Below are positions 1 to 9,067 of a DNA stretch of 36,958 bases, piece after piece. Numbering within the stretch: the first letter of the stretch is position 1; every line of letters begins with the position of its first letter. This DNA is from a virus (Duplodnaviria; Caudoviricetes), in the IMG/VR virus record IMGVR_UViG_3300032248_000447, positions 1-36,958 of that record; one strand, given 5' to 3'. The position numbers and the translations under genes were made by a program. Below the pieces are notes generated by a model. That model searched no databases. It saw nothing but the letters and a program-made list of their open reading frames with translations, and had not been told where the DNA came from.

Positions 1-99
1 CCAGCATCAGCGGCAACGGCGGAAGCACCAGCACCAGCACCAGCGGCAGCACCAGCATCAGCGGCAACGGCGGAAGCACCAGCACCAGCACCAGCGGCA
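1..99 (+). repeat. 51-bp coding tandem repeat, about 2 copies (PASAATAEAPAPAPAAA)
   Basis: ccagcatcagcggcaacggcggaagcaccagcaccagcaccagcggca occurs at 1 and again at 52. Confidence 0.9.
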
Positions 100-306
100 C
101 CAGCACAATCAAAACCTGCTGCACAAAGGCCTGCACAAAGGCCTGCACCAAGACCTGCTGCATCTTCTGATTCTGGACCAAGTCTTGCTCAACAGGCATT
201 TGGAGGCACCGCAGTTTCTGGTGAAAGAATGTCAGTTTTTAGAGAATCAAAGCAAATCAAAGAATCACTTGAATCATTTGTAAGAAATAGATTCTTGAAA
301 GGTTAA
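1..306 (+). CDS. 3' end of an Ala/Pro-rich hypothetical protein (5'-truncated by the window edge)
   Basis: Frame 1 is open from base 1: PASAATAEAPAPAPAAAPASAATAEAPAPAPAAPAQ...IKESLESFVRNRFLKG, stop TAA 304-306, 2 nt before the next ATG. Not in the ORF track. Confidence 0.85.
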   Translation, partial: PASAATAEAPAPAPAAAPASAATAEAPAPAPAAPAQSKPAAQRPAQRPAPRPAASSDSGPSLAQQAFGGTAVSGERMSVFRESKQIKESLESFVRNRFLKG

Positions 307-308
307 TA

Positions 309-548
309 ATGAGAACATCAAAACTTGTTGAAATGATTAAAGAAATTGCTAGAAATAATCTTGCCGAAAGCCATGGACAGAGATATAAAAAAGCCAAAAC
401 TCATCTGTCCATGGTAGGTAGATATGGGTCTGGTGTAAAATTAGCACAAGAAGCAATAAAAGATAAAATTGTCGTCAAAACAGATACTGGTGGTGAACAA
501 ATTATCGATATGAAACCTGAAGTAAATTCGATTCAACAGCAAAGATAA
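309..548 (+). CDS. hypothetical protein
   Basis: 79-aa ORF tightly packed between its neighbours. Confidence 0.75.
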   Translation: MRTSKLVEMIKEIARNNLAESHGQRYKKAKTHLSMVGRYGSGVKLAQEAIKDKIVVKTDTGGEQIIDMKPEVNSIQQQR

Positions 549-551
549 ATA
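545..551 (+). promoter_or_regulatory. T4-type late promoter (ATAAATA)
   Basis: gATAAATA lies about 25 nt upstream of the AGGAG-led ATG at 576. Confidence 0.6.
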
Positions 552-575
552 ATAATAAAAACAGGAGTAAAATTT

Positions 576-1187
576 ATGCCACTATGGGGAAATCTTGATA
601 ATGCTACAGGTAACCAGAAGCCTGTTTTTGCGAACACATCTAATGCTTATTCTAACTCAACAATTAATGGTACTGCAGCAAATACCAACACTTTTTATGG
701 TATGGTTATGGGTATTTCTACTGGTGAAATGGCCAATTCTGCAAGCAAACCACAAAAAACAACACATTCTGGTTGGGTATCTGTAAAGTATGGTACAGGT
801 CCAGTATCTTCTATTGCAATCACTGATGGTGGTGCAGGTATCAATGCTAATGGTTATCTCCTTCTAACAGATAATTCAGCATTAGGTTCTGGTAATGGAA
901 ACTTTAATGCTTCGTTTACTATTGCTAATTCACAGAACACTCTACAAAATTATTCAACTAACTCTGCTTGGAATGCTATCTCAACTATTACTATCTCTAA
1001 TGGTGGTTCTGGTTTGTCAAATGCTTCTGCTATCAATGTCAGAACCAATGGAACAAACACAAGATGGCCTAATCTATCAGTAACTCTTGGTGGTCGTGCT
1101 GGTAGAATCAAAACAGAAGTTCTAGTTGCTATGGCTTCAATCACTGGTGATGATCCAAGAGATAACGTTCTATTTACTGGTATCTAA
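576..1187 (+). CDS. probable virion structural protein (Gly/Asn/Thr/Ser-rich, beta-rich)
   Basis: MPLWG N-terminus and C-terminal GRIKTEVLVAM, as recalled from T4-like phage structural proteins; strong SD; late promoter upstream. Confidence 0.6.
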   Translation: MPLWGNLDNATGNQKPVFANTSNAYSNSTINGTAANTNTFYGMVMGISTGEMANSASKPQKTTHSGWVSVKYGTGPVSSIAITDGGAGINANGYLLLTDNSALGSGNGNFNASFTIANSQNTLQNYSTNSAWNAISTITISNGGSGLSNASAINVRTNGTNTRWPNLSVTLGGRAGRIKTEVLVAMASITGDDPRDNVLFTGI

Positions 1188-1204
1188 TTTAGAAAGAGAA
1201 AAAA

Positions 1205-2662
1205 ATGACAAGGAATCTTAGGGAAGAAGTAGATATTGCGCCATATGTAGATCGAGGCGTAATTGATGTACATGATCCAGCGGTCAGAGATAACATCAAC
1301 ACTCTACTTAATGGAGCTCTCGGGCAATGTTTTATCACGCCTTATATTGCTCTTGAGAAAGTCAGAAAAGTCTTGGCTTACTATCACATCTTCCTCCCTA
1401 AGACTACATTCTTAGAAGGTGATCATGGTGTAGAAGTATTTGATATTAACCAGTTTGGTGATGTCAAAGGAATGAGAGATAATGGTGATGTTGTTACAAG
1501 AATGGATACATCATTGAATCTTTATTTTGAATATAAAATGAATGATAAAGGTCTCTTTGATATCTTCTGTGAGATTGTTACAAATGAAGAATTAGATGAT
1601 CTTGTTGATAATGTTGAAGATGAAATCAATGATGAAGATGCGGAAGATGACCGTGATGAAAGATTAGATGAAGATATTTCGGGATATGTTGTTCCAGCTT
1701 TAGCAGGATTAACAGCATCAGCATTAAGTGGAAATCCAGCATATACAGCAGTGGGAATGGGTTTGCCTTTATTTGCTAACGCAGTTGCAGCATTTAGAAA
1801 TAGAAAAAGAAAAAAATCTAAAGAAAAAATAGATGAAGATTCCGAATCAGTAAAGATGGCTGGCCATGAAACTGGCTATAAACAAATCTCAGGTGCTCCA
1901 GCACAAAACATGGGTAACTGTTCAATAGGTCATAATGTTCTTAATAAAATCAAAATGAAAAAGAAACTTGAAGAAGGTAAAGTTGTAAGATTACCAACAA
2001 AAAAAGATCGGTTTTTAAAAGCATTAGGCGACACAGACGGTAAAAAAAGCACAGACGGTAAAAAACCTACATCTTGGGATGTAAAAAAATGGATCAAAGA
2101 CAGTCCAGTGAGAGAAGAAAATAATCCTTTTAAAGGTACTCAAGATATGGGTTCTATTCATCCCACACAAGCGGAACTTGATAAACCTATAACACAATCT
2201 GGATTTGAAAAGAATAGAATTGATTATAATGCAAGTCGTGCAAATCAACCACCAAAAATTGTTAATCCAAATGCTATTCAACAAAGGACACCAGCAGAAA
2301 CACCATCGACGCAAAAAGGTAATGATTCTTTTGTAGGAATTAAACCTGTACCAAGAGACGAAGCTCCTGATAGTCCTTTAGCAGATTTCATGAAAGGTAG
2401 AGAACCTAGAACATCGGAATATAGTCATGTAAATCTTCCATACAGAAGCGATACACCAAAACCTGAGCCTGTAAATCTTCCAGATAAACCTGGATCAACA
2501 CCAAAACCTTCTCATCAATTATTATCAAATCCATCAACATCAACAAAAGAACCAACAAGTAAAACTAAAAAAACTGCACGGAATTTAGGATTACAAGTAA
2601 GCGAAACAGTAAATTATGTTCGTCAATTAGCGGAAAAACATTCTGTAAAAAAAAAATCTTAA
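1205..2662 (+). CDS. hypothetical protein, possibly a prohead-protease-processed internal head protein; may extend to 2745 via a frameshift
   Basis: 485-aa ORF with an acidic N-terminal domain, repeated (L/I/V)xE motifs and a Pro-rich tail; ends just after an A10 run. Confidence 0.75.
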   Translation: MTRNLREEVDIAPYVDRGVIDVHDPAVRDNINTLLNGALGQCFITPYIALEKVRKVLAYYHIFLPKTTFLEGDHGVEVFDINQFGDVKGMRDNGDVVTRMDTSLNLYFEYKMNDKGLFDIFCEIVTNEELDDLVDNVEDEINDEDAEDDRDERLDEDISGYVVPALAGLTASALSGNPAYTAVGMGLPLFANAVAAFRNRKRKKSKEKIDEDSESVKMAGHETGYKQISGAPAQNMGNCSIGHNVLNKIKMKKKLEEGKVVRLPTKKDRFLKALGDTDGKKSTDGKKPTSWDVKKWIKDSPVREENNPFKGTQDMGSIHPTQAELDKPITQSGFEKNRIDYNASRANQPPKIVNPNAIQQRTPAETPSTQKGNDSFVGIKPVPRDEAPDSPLADFMKGREPRTSEYSHVNLPYRSDTPKPEPVNLPDKPGSTPKPSHQLLSNPSTSTKEPTSKTKKTARNLGLQVSETVNYVRQLAEKHSVKKKS

Positions 2663-2748
2663 AACGTGCTGAGAAAGCAAAAGAACTTGGAATGGATTAT
2701 GCTGCTAAAGAATTGGAAGCCGTTGCTAAGGACAATAAAAAATAAGTA

Positions 2749-3135
2749 ATGTTTGATAATTTAACTGATGATAACTTTATAATCTATGCAATGAAGAATT
2801 ATAATACTCCTAATTGTATTATTAGTGAATTCAATGATGATCTGAAACGTATCAAGTATATCAAAAGACTAATAAAGAAGTATAAAGCAACATCTGATTT
2901 AAAAGAAAGACTTATACTTAATCATATTATAGTATTATCTAATGTCTTTGGTGCAGAAGCAACTAGTAGGATTCTATTCTATAAAATGGATGAATCAGAC
3001 TATGATGTACTAAAGACTTTTCTTTTATTCCTCAATCTATTACCTAGTATGATTCTTGGCATAAGAGGAAGAAACATAAATACAAATGTTATTCAGTTAG
3101 ACTGGAATATAGTTAAGACACTAAGAAGTATATAA
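2749..3135 (+). CDS. conserved T4-like phage hypothetical protein
   Basis: Pattern FDNLTDDNF.IYAMK.Y..P.C...EF..DLKR.KYIKRL...LKERLILNHII.L.NVFG, recalled as widespread in T4-like phages. Confidence 0.8.
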   Translation: MFDNLTDDNFIIYAMKNYNTPNCIISEFNDDLKRIKYIKRLIKKYKATSDLKERLILNHIIVLSNVFGAEATSRILFYKMDESDYDVLKTFLLFLNLLPSMILGIRGRNINTNVIQLDWNIVKTLRSI

Positions 3136-3163
3136 GAAGACTCATTGAAACGGCTACATAGCC

Positions 3164-3192
3164 TTTATATCACTGAGTCAAGCACTTGTCAA
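3164..3192 (-). promoter_or_regulatory. sigma70-like antisense promoter
   Basis: Minus strand reads TTGACA-agtgcttgactcagtga (17 nt)-TATAAA, in the intergenic gap. Confidence 0.6.
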
Positions 3193-3199
3193 GAGAAAA

Positions 3200-3685
3200 A
3201 TGAACACATTCAAATCATTTGTAAAAGAAAGTAATGTATCAGCAGGAATCGGTGTCAGAGGCTTCGGTGATGTCTCTGGAACTCCTGCTACTTCGGAAGA
3301 CAGTGATAACTCTCATATCCAACGAGTTGTCCAAGGTGCTGAGGAATATAGAAATTCCGTTCAAGAATATATTGATGGACATAATAGTACTCATGTCCTG
3401 GATGAACCTGATGATAACTGGTGGGCAAAATCTGGTGCTAAAGGAACTGCACTGAATGGATTAGGAACACAAAGAGGAAAAAATAGATTGAGTGAAGAAG
3501 CACCAGCAAATGCAACAGGTTCTGGTAATATTGCTGGACTTGGTGTTGGTTCCAAAGGTGAGCCAGGTGTATCATTAGCATCAAGAAAAAGACATAAGAA
3601 AAATAATCAAGAGCAAAGTGATCGAAGAACTTTTATAATTGGTATGTTAAGAAGGGCATTTCCAAATATGGTAGGAACAAAGTAA
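3200..3685 (+). CDS. hypothetical protein with capsid-targeting-like N-terminus
   Basis: MNTFKSFVKE start resembles the T4 internal-protein CTS; internal LSE-EAPAN motif; ATAAATA upstream at 3076. Confidence 0.7.
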   Translation: MNTFKSFVKESNVSAGIGVRGFGDVSGTPATSEDSDNSHIQRVVQGAEEYRNSVQEYIDGHNSTHVLDEPDDNWWAKSGAKGTALNGLGTQRGKNRLSEEAPANATGSGNIAGLGVGSKGEPGVSLASRKRHKKNNQEQSDRRTFIIGMLRRAFPNMVGTK

Positions 3686-3686
3686 G

Positions 3687-4184
3687 ATGACTGAACCTTG
3701 CAAAGATTGTGGTGATTATAAATTAGATATTGCATTAGTTAAAAAAGATGTAAGTAATATCACACGTCTTTGTGAGAAAATGGACTCAACTATAGATAAG
3801 ATGCAGGATGTGGCCTCAAACCTAACAAGGATTGTTTCCCTGCAAGAACAAAAAATCAATTCACAAGAAACTATCAACAAAGAAGTAGATTCTAAGTTGG
3901 ACAACATACAGAAAGAACATAACAAAGATATTGAACAACTACATGATAGAATCTCTAAAGTGAATTCGGAATTGACAACAAAAATTGAACAGTCACAGTC
4001 TCATATTGTGGCTGAGCTTGTCAATGGAAGACAGCAACTCCGTGATGAAATCAATAATATAAATATCAATCTCAATAAAAAAATAGGTGAGATAGATATG
4101 TGGAGATATATGGTCATGGGTGCCATAGTCCTTGGTGTATGGCTCTTTACTAACCTAACAGGTCTGTCTAAACTTTTTCATTGA
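3687..4184 (+). CDS. coiled-coil protein with C-terminal transmembrane helix
   Basis: Heptad-rich body followed by WRYMVMGAIVLGVWLFTNL. Confidence 0.75.
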   Translation: MTEPCKDCGDYKLDIALVKKDVSNITRLCEKMDSTIDKMQDVASNLTRIVSLQEQKINSQETINKEVDSKLDNIQKEHNKDIEQLHDRISKVNSELTTKIEQSQSHIVAELVNGRQQLRDEINNININLNKKIGEIDMWRYMVMGAIVLGVWLFTNLTGLSKLFH

Positions 4185-4209
4185 CATCCATAAAAACATG
4201 CTATATACT
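4181..4209 (+). promoter_or_regulatory. sigma70-type promoter for primase/thyX/nrdJ
   Basis: TTGACA (4181-86), 17 nt, TATACT (4204-09). Confidence 0.75.
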
Positions 4210-4236
4210 TGACTCCTTTTGTGGAGAAGGAATAGC

Positions 4237-5259
4237 ATGTCTCTTATCATCGACCGTAAATACATTTCCGTTGTATCTACAAAACTAGAAAAGTTCAAAC
4301 AGAAAAAAGACTATCTTTGGAATTTCCGTTGTCCATTATGCGGAGATTCCAAGAAACATAAGACAAAAACTCGTGGATTTTTCTATAAGGCTAAAAGTAA
4401 TCCTAATATGTCATTCATGTGTCATAACTGTGGATTATCCATGTCTTTTGGTAACTTCCTCAAATCTTTCGACCCTCATCTATATTGTCATTATCAGATG
4501 GAAAGATATAAAGAAGAAAGTCATACCAACACTCCTAAACCAGACTTCACACTATTCAAAACTCAACCAGTATTTGCACGAAAATCCACATTATCTATTC
4601 CATCAATTGCATCACTAAATCCTAATCATTCTGCAGCCAAGTATATTGCATCTCGTAAAATTCCCAAAGATAGATGGAATGATATATATTATGCGGATGA
4701 TTTCCTTAAGTTTTGTGATGATACTTTTCCTGATCATGGTAAAAAACTAATCAAAGAAGAACCAAGAATCGTTATTCCTTTCTATGATACAAATAATGAG
4801 TTGATTGGTATTCAAGGTCGTGCTATACTGAAAGATGCTAAAGTCCGTTATATTACTATCAAAGCCAATGATGATGTTCCAAAAGTATATGGAATAAATC
4901 GATTGGTCCATACTGATCCAATCTATGTAGTTGAAGGTCCATTTGATAGCATGTTTTTAGATAACTGTGTTGCTACTATGGATGCTTCATTATATTCTAT
5001 TGTATCTGTATTAGGTGATGATAAAGATTATGTGTTTGTATTTGACAATGAACCAAGGAACAAAGAAGTATCTAAGCACATTAGTAAGACAATCAAGTTA
5101 GGATATAAAGTTTGCATCTGGCCAACTAGAATCAAAGAGAAAGATATTAATGATATGATTCTGGCAGGTCATGATGTAAAAAGTATTATAGATACACATA
5201 CCTATAAAGACTTGACAGCAGAACTACAGTTTCAACAATGGAAAAAATGTGAGGTATAA
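4237..5259 (+). CDS. 61: DNA primase (T4 gp61-like)
   Basis: Zn finger NFRCPLCGDS...CHNCG; TOPRIM motifs VVEGPFDSMF, FDNEPRN, KDINDM. Start moved to ATG 4237, which follows GGAGAAGG. Confidence 0.95.
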   Translation: MSLIIDRKYISVVSTKLEKFKQKKDYLWNFRCPLCGDSKKHKTKTRGFFYKAKSNPNMSFMCHNCGLSMSFGNFLKSFDPHLYCHYQMERYKEESHTNTPKPDFTLFKTQPVFARKSTLSIPSIASLNPNHSAAKYIASRKIPKDRWNDIYYADDFLKFCDDTFPDHGKKLIKEEPRIVIPFYDTNNELIGIQGRAILKDAKVRYITIKANDDVPKVYGINRLVHTDPIYVVEGPFDSMFLDNCVATMDASLYSIVSVLGDDKDYVFVFDNEPRNKEVSKHISKTIKLGYKVCIWPTRIKEKDINDMILAGHDVKSIIDTHTYKDLTAELQFQQWKKCEV

Positions 5260-5260
5260 T

Positions 5261-5941
5261 ATGAGTGTGCAATTAATTTCAGTATCTCAACCAGTATATG
5301 GTGCATTTACAGATCCATCTCATGGCGGCAAAATCTCTATGACACCAGAAGATATGATTGCTTATTGTGCTCGTGTGTCTAATCCAACTAATCAACTTAA
5401 TACAGAAACATCAAGTAAACTTCTAGCATATTGTATTAAGAATCAGCATTGGTCTGTTTTTGAGATGGTAAACGTAGTATTTGAGATTAATACTACACGA
5501 GATATTGCACATCAGATTTTAAGACATAGATCCTTTAGTTTTCAAGAGTTTAGCCAACGTTATGCTGATCCTAGTCAATTAGGATTTACTATCAGAGAAG
5601 CCCGACTTCAAGATAAAAAAAATCGACAAAACAGCATTGAAACAGATGATGATGCACTGAAACTAGAATGGATAACTAAGCAAGATGAATTGCTAGATAA
5701 AGCAAAAGAAGCTTATAAGTGGGCAATAGAGAATGGTGTTGCTAAAGAACAAGCAAGATCAGTTTTGCCAGAAGGTATAACCAATAGTCGTCTATATATG
5801 AACGGTACTCTGAGAAGTTGGATCCATTGGTGTCAACTTCGTATGGGTAATGGAACACAAAAAGAACACCAAGAACTTGCCAAAGAATGCTGGAGTATTC
5901 TTTGTGATCAGTTTTCGTTTCTCAAAGAACTAAATCAATAA
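5261..5941 (+). CDS. thyX: FAD-dependent thymidylate synthase
   Basis: ThyX signature RHRSFSFQEFSQRY, plus HWSVFE, EQARSVLP and TQKEH. Start at ATG 5261 after GAGGT. Confidence 0.95.
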   Translation: MSVQLISVSQPVYGAFTDPSHGGKISMTPEDMIAYCARVSNPTNQLNTETSSKLLAYCIKNQHWSVFEMVNVVFEINTTRDIAHQILRHRSFSFQEFSQRYADPSQLGFTIREARLQDKKNRQNSIETDDDALKLEWITKQDELLDKAKEAYKWAIENGVAKEQARSVLPEGITNSRLYMNGTLRSWIHWCQLRMGNGTQKEHQELAKECWSILCDQFSFLKELNQ

Positions 5942-5956
5942 ACAGGAGCAGACTAT

Positions 5957-8851
5957 ATGCCAAGCAACTATTTTCCCTCACTTTATTCAGAGTTCATCCA
6001 TCTTTCCAGATATTCACGTTGGCTTCCAGAAGAAAACCGTCGTGAAACTTGGGTAGAAACTGTAGATCGATATTTCAATTTCTTTGATGAACATCTTAGG
6101 GAAAATAATCAGTTTAATCTAGATCCTAAGACTAGATCAGAACTCCGTGATGCTGTTCTAAATCTTGAGATTATGCCTTCCATGCGGTGTCTTATGACGG
6201 CTGGTGAAGCACTCAAGAGGGAAAATGTTGCTGGCTATAACTGCCTAGCATATGAGACCAAAGTTCTCACTAAAGAGTTTGGTAATGTTGAAATAGGTTC
6301 AATTGTTGGTAAAGATATTTCTGTTCTAAATTCCGATGGAGAATGGTCCAAAACAAAAGTCAATCATTATGGCCAACAAAATCTTATGAAGGTAGATTTT
6401 ACATATACTGGTTATAACGGTAAAGAGTCTGTCTATGCCACTCCTGATCACGATTGGATTATTGGTAATCAACGAATTCAAACCAAAAACTTGAAGAAAG
6501 GTATGAAAATTCCATTCGTTTTAAGGAAAAGGTTTCCAACATATACTGATATTGATTATAAGTTAGGTATTATTCACGGCCTTGTGTATGGTGATGGCAC
6601 TCGAACAAAGTATAAAAGAGGTGGTAATTCTTCTTTTGTTTCTTGTGAGAGGACCAAAGGATACATTATTCGCCTATGTTCGGATCAACAAGAACTTCTT
6701 CCATACTTTACCGATTATAAAGTTTCATATCCAAGTTCTTATGACGGAGATCCTGTGATTTATCTGTATGATAATTTTTCAAAGACACATTCACTAAAAG
6801 AACTTCCTTCAGAAACCGAGACTGAAAGTTATATGGTTGGTTTCTTTAGAGGATGGCTGGCTGCAGATGGAACTGTTGGTAAAAAACAAGTTAGCATCTG
6901 TGTCGGATCAAAAGAAGAAATTTGGCTTCGAAAAATTATGCCAAAGTATGGTGTTTATTTTTCTGGATCTACCATTCTTCCCAGTCAAACAAATTTTGGC
7001 ATTAGAAAAAAAGATTCAAGAAATCTCAAAATCTGGAATTATTCTCTAATGAAAGAAGATTTCATTATTCAAAGAAAACGAGATAATTTTACTCCTATGC
7101 AAATGGAGAGAACTGTTGTTGGAGTGCAGCAAACAAACAGGACTGAAAATGTATTTTGTGTAGAAGTTCCTAATTATCACAACTTTGTTATTGAAAGAGG
7201 TATTCTGACTGGCAATTGCTCGTATGTTGCAGTCGATAATCCTCGTGCATTTGATGAGATCCTCTATATCCTCATGAATGGCACTGGTGTTGGTTTCTCT
7301 GTAGAGTCTAAATTCACAGAGCAACTTCCATTGGTTGCAGAAGAATTCCATGAAACAGAAACTACCATTCAAGTAGCAGATAGCAAACTCGGATGGGCTA
7401 AAGCACTCAAAGAACTTATTCATCTTCTTTATGCCGGTCAGATTCCAAAGTGGGACGTATCTAAGGTTCGTCCTGCTGGTGCTCCATTGAAGACATTTGG
7501 TGGACGAGCTTCTGGTCCTGATCCACTTGTTTCTCTATTCCGATTCTGTACTGCAACATTCAAGAAAGCAGCAGGTCGTCGTCTTACTACACTCGAATGC
7601 CATGATATCGTTTGTAAGATTGCCGAAATCGTAGTTGTTGGTGGTGTTCGTAGGTCTGCATTGATTTCTCTCTCAGACCTTTCGGATGATCGGATGAGAA
7701 TGGCCAAATCAGGTGAGTGGTGGAAAGATAATGTTCAACGTGCTCTAGCCAATAATTCATTTGTGGCTAAAGAAAAGATTGACGTTGGTATCTTTATGAA
7801 GGAATGGCTATCTCTGTATGAGTCCAGGTCTGGTGAACGTGGTATCTTCTCTCGTACAGCATCACAAAAGCAAGCAGAGAAATATGATCGTCGGAATCCT
7901 AACTTTGACTTTGGTACCAATCCATGTTCCGAGATTATTTTGCGTTCTAGGGAATTCTGCAATCTAACCGAAGTTGTTGTTCGTGATACAGATACTCCTG
8001 ATACTCTATCTCGCAAAGTAAAACTTGCCACTATTCTAGGTACTATTCAAAGTACATTAACAAACTTTAAGTACATTTCCAAGAAGTGGAAAGAGAACTG
8101 TGATGAGGAAAGACTTCTTGGAGTATCTCTAACTGGTATTACTGATAATGAATATACAAATGGCAAGGCAGGTTTACTGGAACAAACACTTGATATCCTT
8201 AGAGAAATCTCGGTAAAAACAAACAAGGAATGGTCAACGAAGATTAGTATTCCACAGTCTGTTGCTATTACTTGTGTTAAACCTTCTGGAACAGTATCTC
8301 AGTTGGTTGATTCAGCTTCTGGTATTCATGCTCGACATGCTCCTTATTACATCCGTACTGTCCGTGCAGATAAGAAAGATCCACTAGCAAAGATGATGAT
8401 TGATCTTGGATTTCCTGTAGAAGATGATGTAACCAAGCCAGATCATACTTATGTGTTTTCTTTTCCAATGAAGGGACCAGAGAATGCTATATATAGGAAA
8501 GATATGAGTGCTATTGAACAACTAGAACTTTGGCTAACTTATCAGCGGCATTGGTGTGAACATAAGCCATCGATTACAGTTACAGTTAAAGAAAACGAAT
8601 GGCCAGAAGTTGGTGCATGGGTATGGAATCATTTTGAAGAGATGAGTGGTGTATCCTTCTTACCTTATTCAGAGCATGTTTATGTACAGGCACCATATCA
8701 AGATTGTAGTAAAGAAGAATATGAAGCACTATTAGCCAAGATGCCTAAAGATGTTGATTGGACTAAGTTAGCAGATTATGAAAAGACAGATACAACAATA
8801 GCATCACAAGAATTGGCTTGTTCGGCTGCTGGTGGATGTGAGATTATTTAG
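5957..8851 (+). CDS. nrdJ: class II (adenosylcobalamin-dependent) ribonucleotide reductase with intein
   Basis: Motifs PSMR, YNC, GTGVGF, VVVGGVRRSA, TNPCSEI, FCNLTE, CVKPSGTVS and C-terminal ACSAAGGCEI; about 639 aa after splicing; no nrdB neighbour. Confidence 0.93.
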   Translation: MPSNYFPSLYSEFIHLSRYSRWLPEENRRETWVETVDRYFNFFDEHLRENNQFNLDPKTRSELRDAVLNLEIMPSMRCLMTAGEALKRENVAGYNCLAYETKVLTKEFGNVEIGSIVGKDISVLNSDGEWSKTKVNHYGQQNLMKVDFTYTGYNGKESVYATPDHDWIIGNQRIQTKNLKKGMKIPFVLRKRFPTYTDIDYKLGIIHGLVYGDGTRTKYKRGGNSSFVSCERTKGYIIRLCSDQQELLPYFTDYKVSYPSSYDGDPVIYLYDNFSKTHSLKELPSETETESYMVGFFRGWLAADGTVGKKQVSICVGSKEEIWLRKIMPKYGVYFSGSTILPSQTNFGIRKKDSRNLKIWNYSLMKEDFIIQRKRDNFTPMQMERTVVGVQQTNRTENVFCVEVPNYHNFVIERGILTGNCSYVAVDNPRAFDEILYILMNGTGVGFSVESKFTEQLPLVAEEFHETETTIQVADSKLGWAKALKELIHLLYAGQIPKWDVSKVRPAGAPLKTFGGRASGPDPLVSLFRFCTATFKKAAGRRLTTLECHDIVCKIAEIVVVGGVRRSALISLSDLSDDRMRMAKSGEWWKDNVQRALANNSFVAKEKIDVGIFMKEWLSLYESRSGERGIFSRTASQKQAEKYDRRNPNFDFGTNPCSEIILRSREFCNLTEVVVRDTDTPDTLSRKVKLATILGTIQSTLTNFKYISKKWKENCDEERLLGVSLTGITDNEYTNGKAGLLEQTLDILREISVKTNKEWSTKISIPQSVAITCVKPSGTVSQLVDSASGIHARHAPYYIRTVRADKKDPLAKMMIDLGFPVEDDVTKPDHTYVFSFPMKGPENAIYRKDMSAIEQLELWLTYQRHWCEHKPSITVTVKENEWPEVGAWVWNHFEEMSGVSFLPYSEHVYVQAPYQDCSKEEYEALLAKMPKDVDWTKLADYEKTDTTIASQELACSAAGGCEII
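6242..7216 (+). mobile_element. 325-aa intein with LAGLIDADG-type homing endonuclease
   Basis: Begins CLAYETKV; block B ATPDHDW; endonuclease motifs LGIIHGLVYGDG and GFFRGWLAADG; block F/G VFCVEVPNYHNFVIERGILTGN followed by +1 Cys. Removal restores AGYN-CSYVAVD. Confidence 0.93.
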
Positions 8852-8862
8852 AGGAAAAAGAA

Positions 8863-9024
8863 ATGTCAAAGGAAATAGAAAATAAAGAATGTCAGGAGTG
8901 CGAATCTTTATACCGACTAGTCTATAATCTGGATGATACTTCTGGATACCCGAAATTTTGTCCATTTTGTTCCGCTGAAATCTATAGTGATTCTACAGAG
9001 ACAAATGAAGAAGAAGATTCCTAA
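8863..9024 (+). CDS. small zinc-ribbon protein (53 aa)
   Basis: MSKEIENKECQECESLY...PKFCPFCSAEI... with an acidic tail; GAGGA SD. Not in the ORF track. Confidence 0.8.
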   Translation: MSKEIENKECQECESLYRLVYNLDDTSGYPKFCPFCSAEIYSDSTETNEEEDS

Positions 9025-9031
9025 GTAATCT

Positions 9032-9063
9032 ATATACTCTCGTTGAAACATACGGGAGTATAT
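9032..9063 (+). promoter_or_regulatory. 12-bp RNA hairpin occluding the SD of the downstream nuclease
   Basis: ATATACTCTCGT (9032-43) pairs with ACGGGAGTATAT (9052-63), with one G-U pair; the 3' arm contains GGGAG. Confidence 0.7.
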
Positions 9064-9067
9064 TATT

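Noticed and set aside
2032-2066. 18-bp tandem repeat (TDGKK x2)
   Set aside because: Short in-frame duplication in a low-complexity coding region; no sign of a separate function.
6242-7216. Group I intron in nrdJ
   Set aside because: The insertion is in frame, has no stops and has Cys/Asn-Cys splice residues, so it is an intein.
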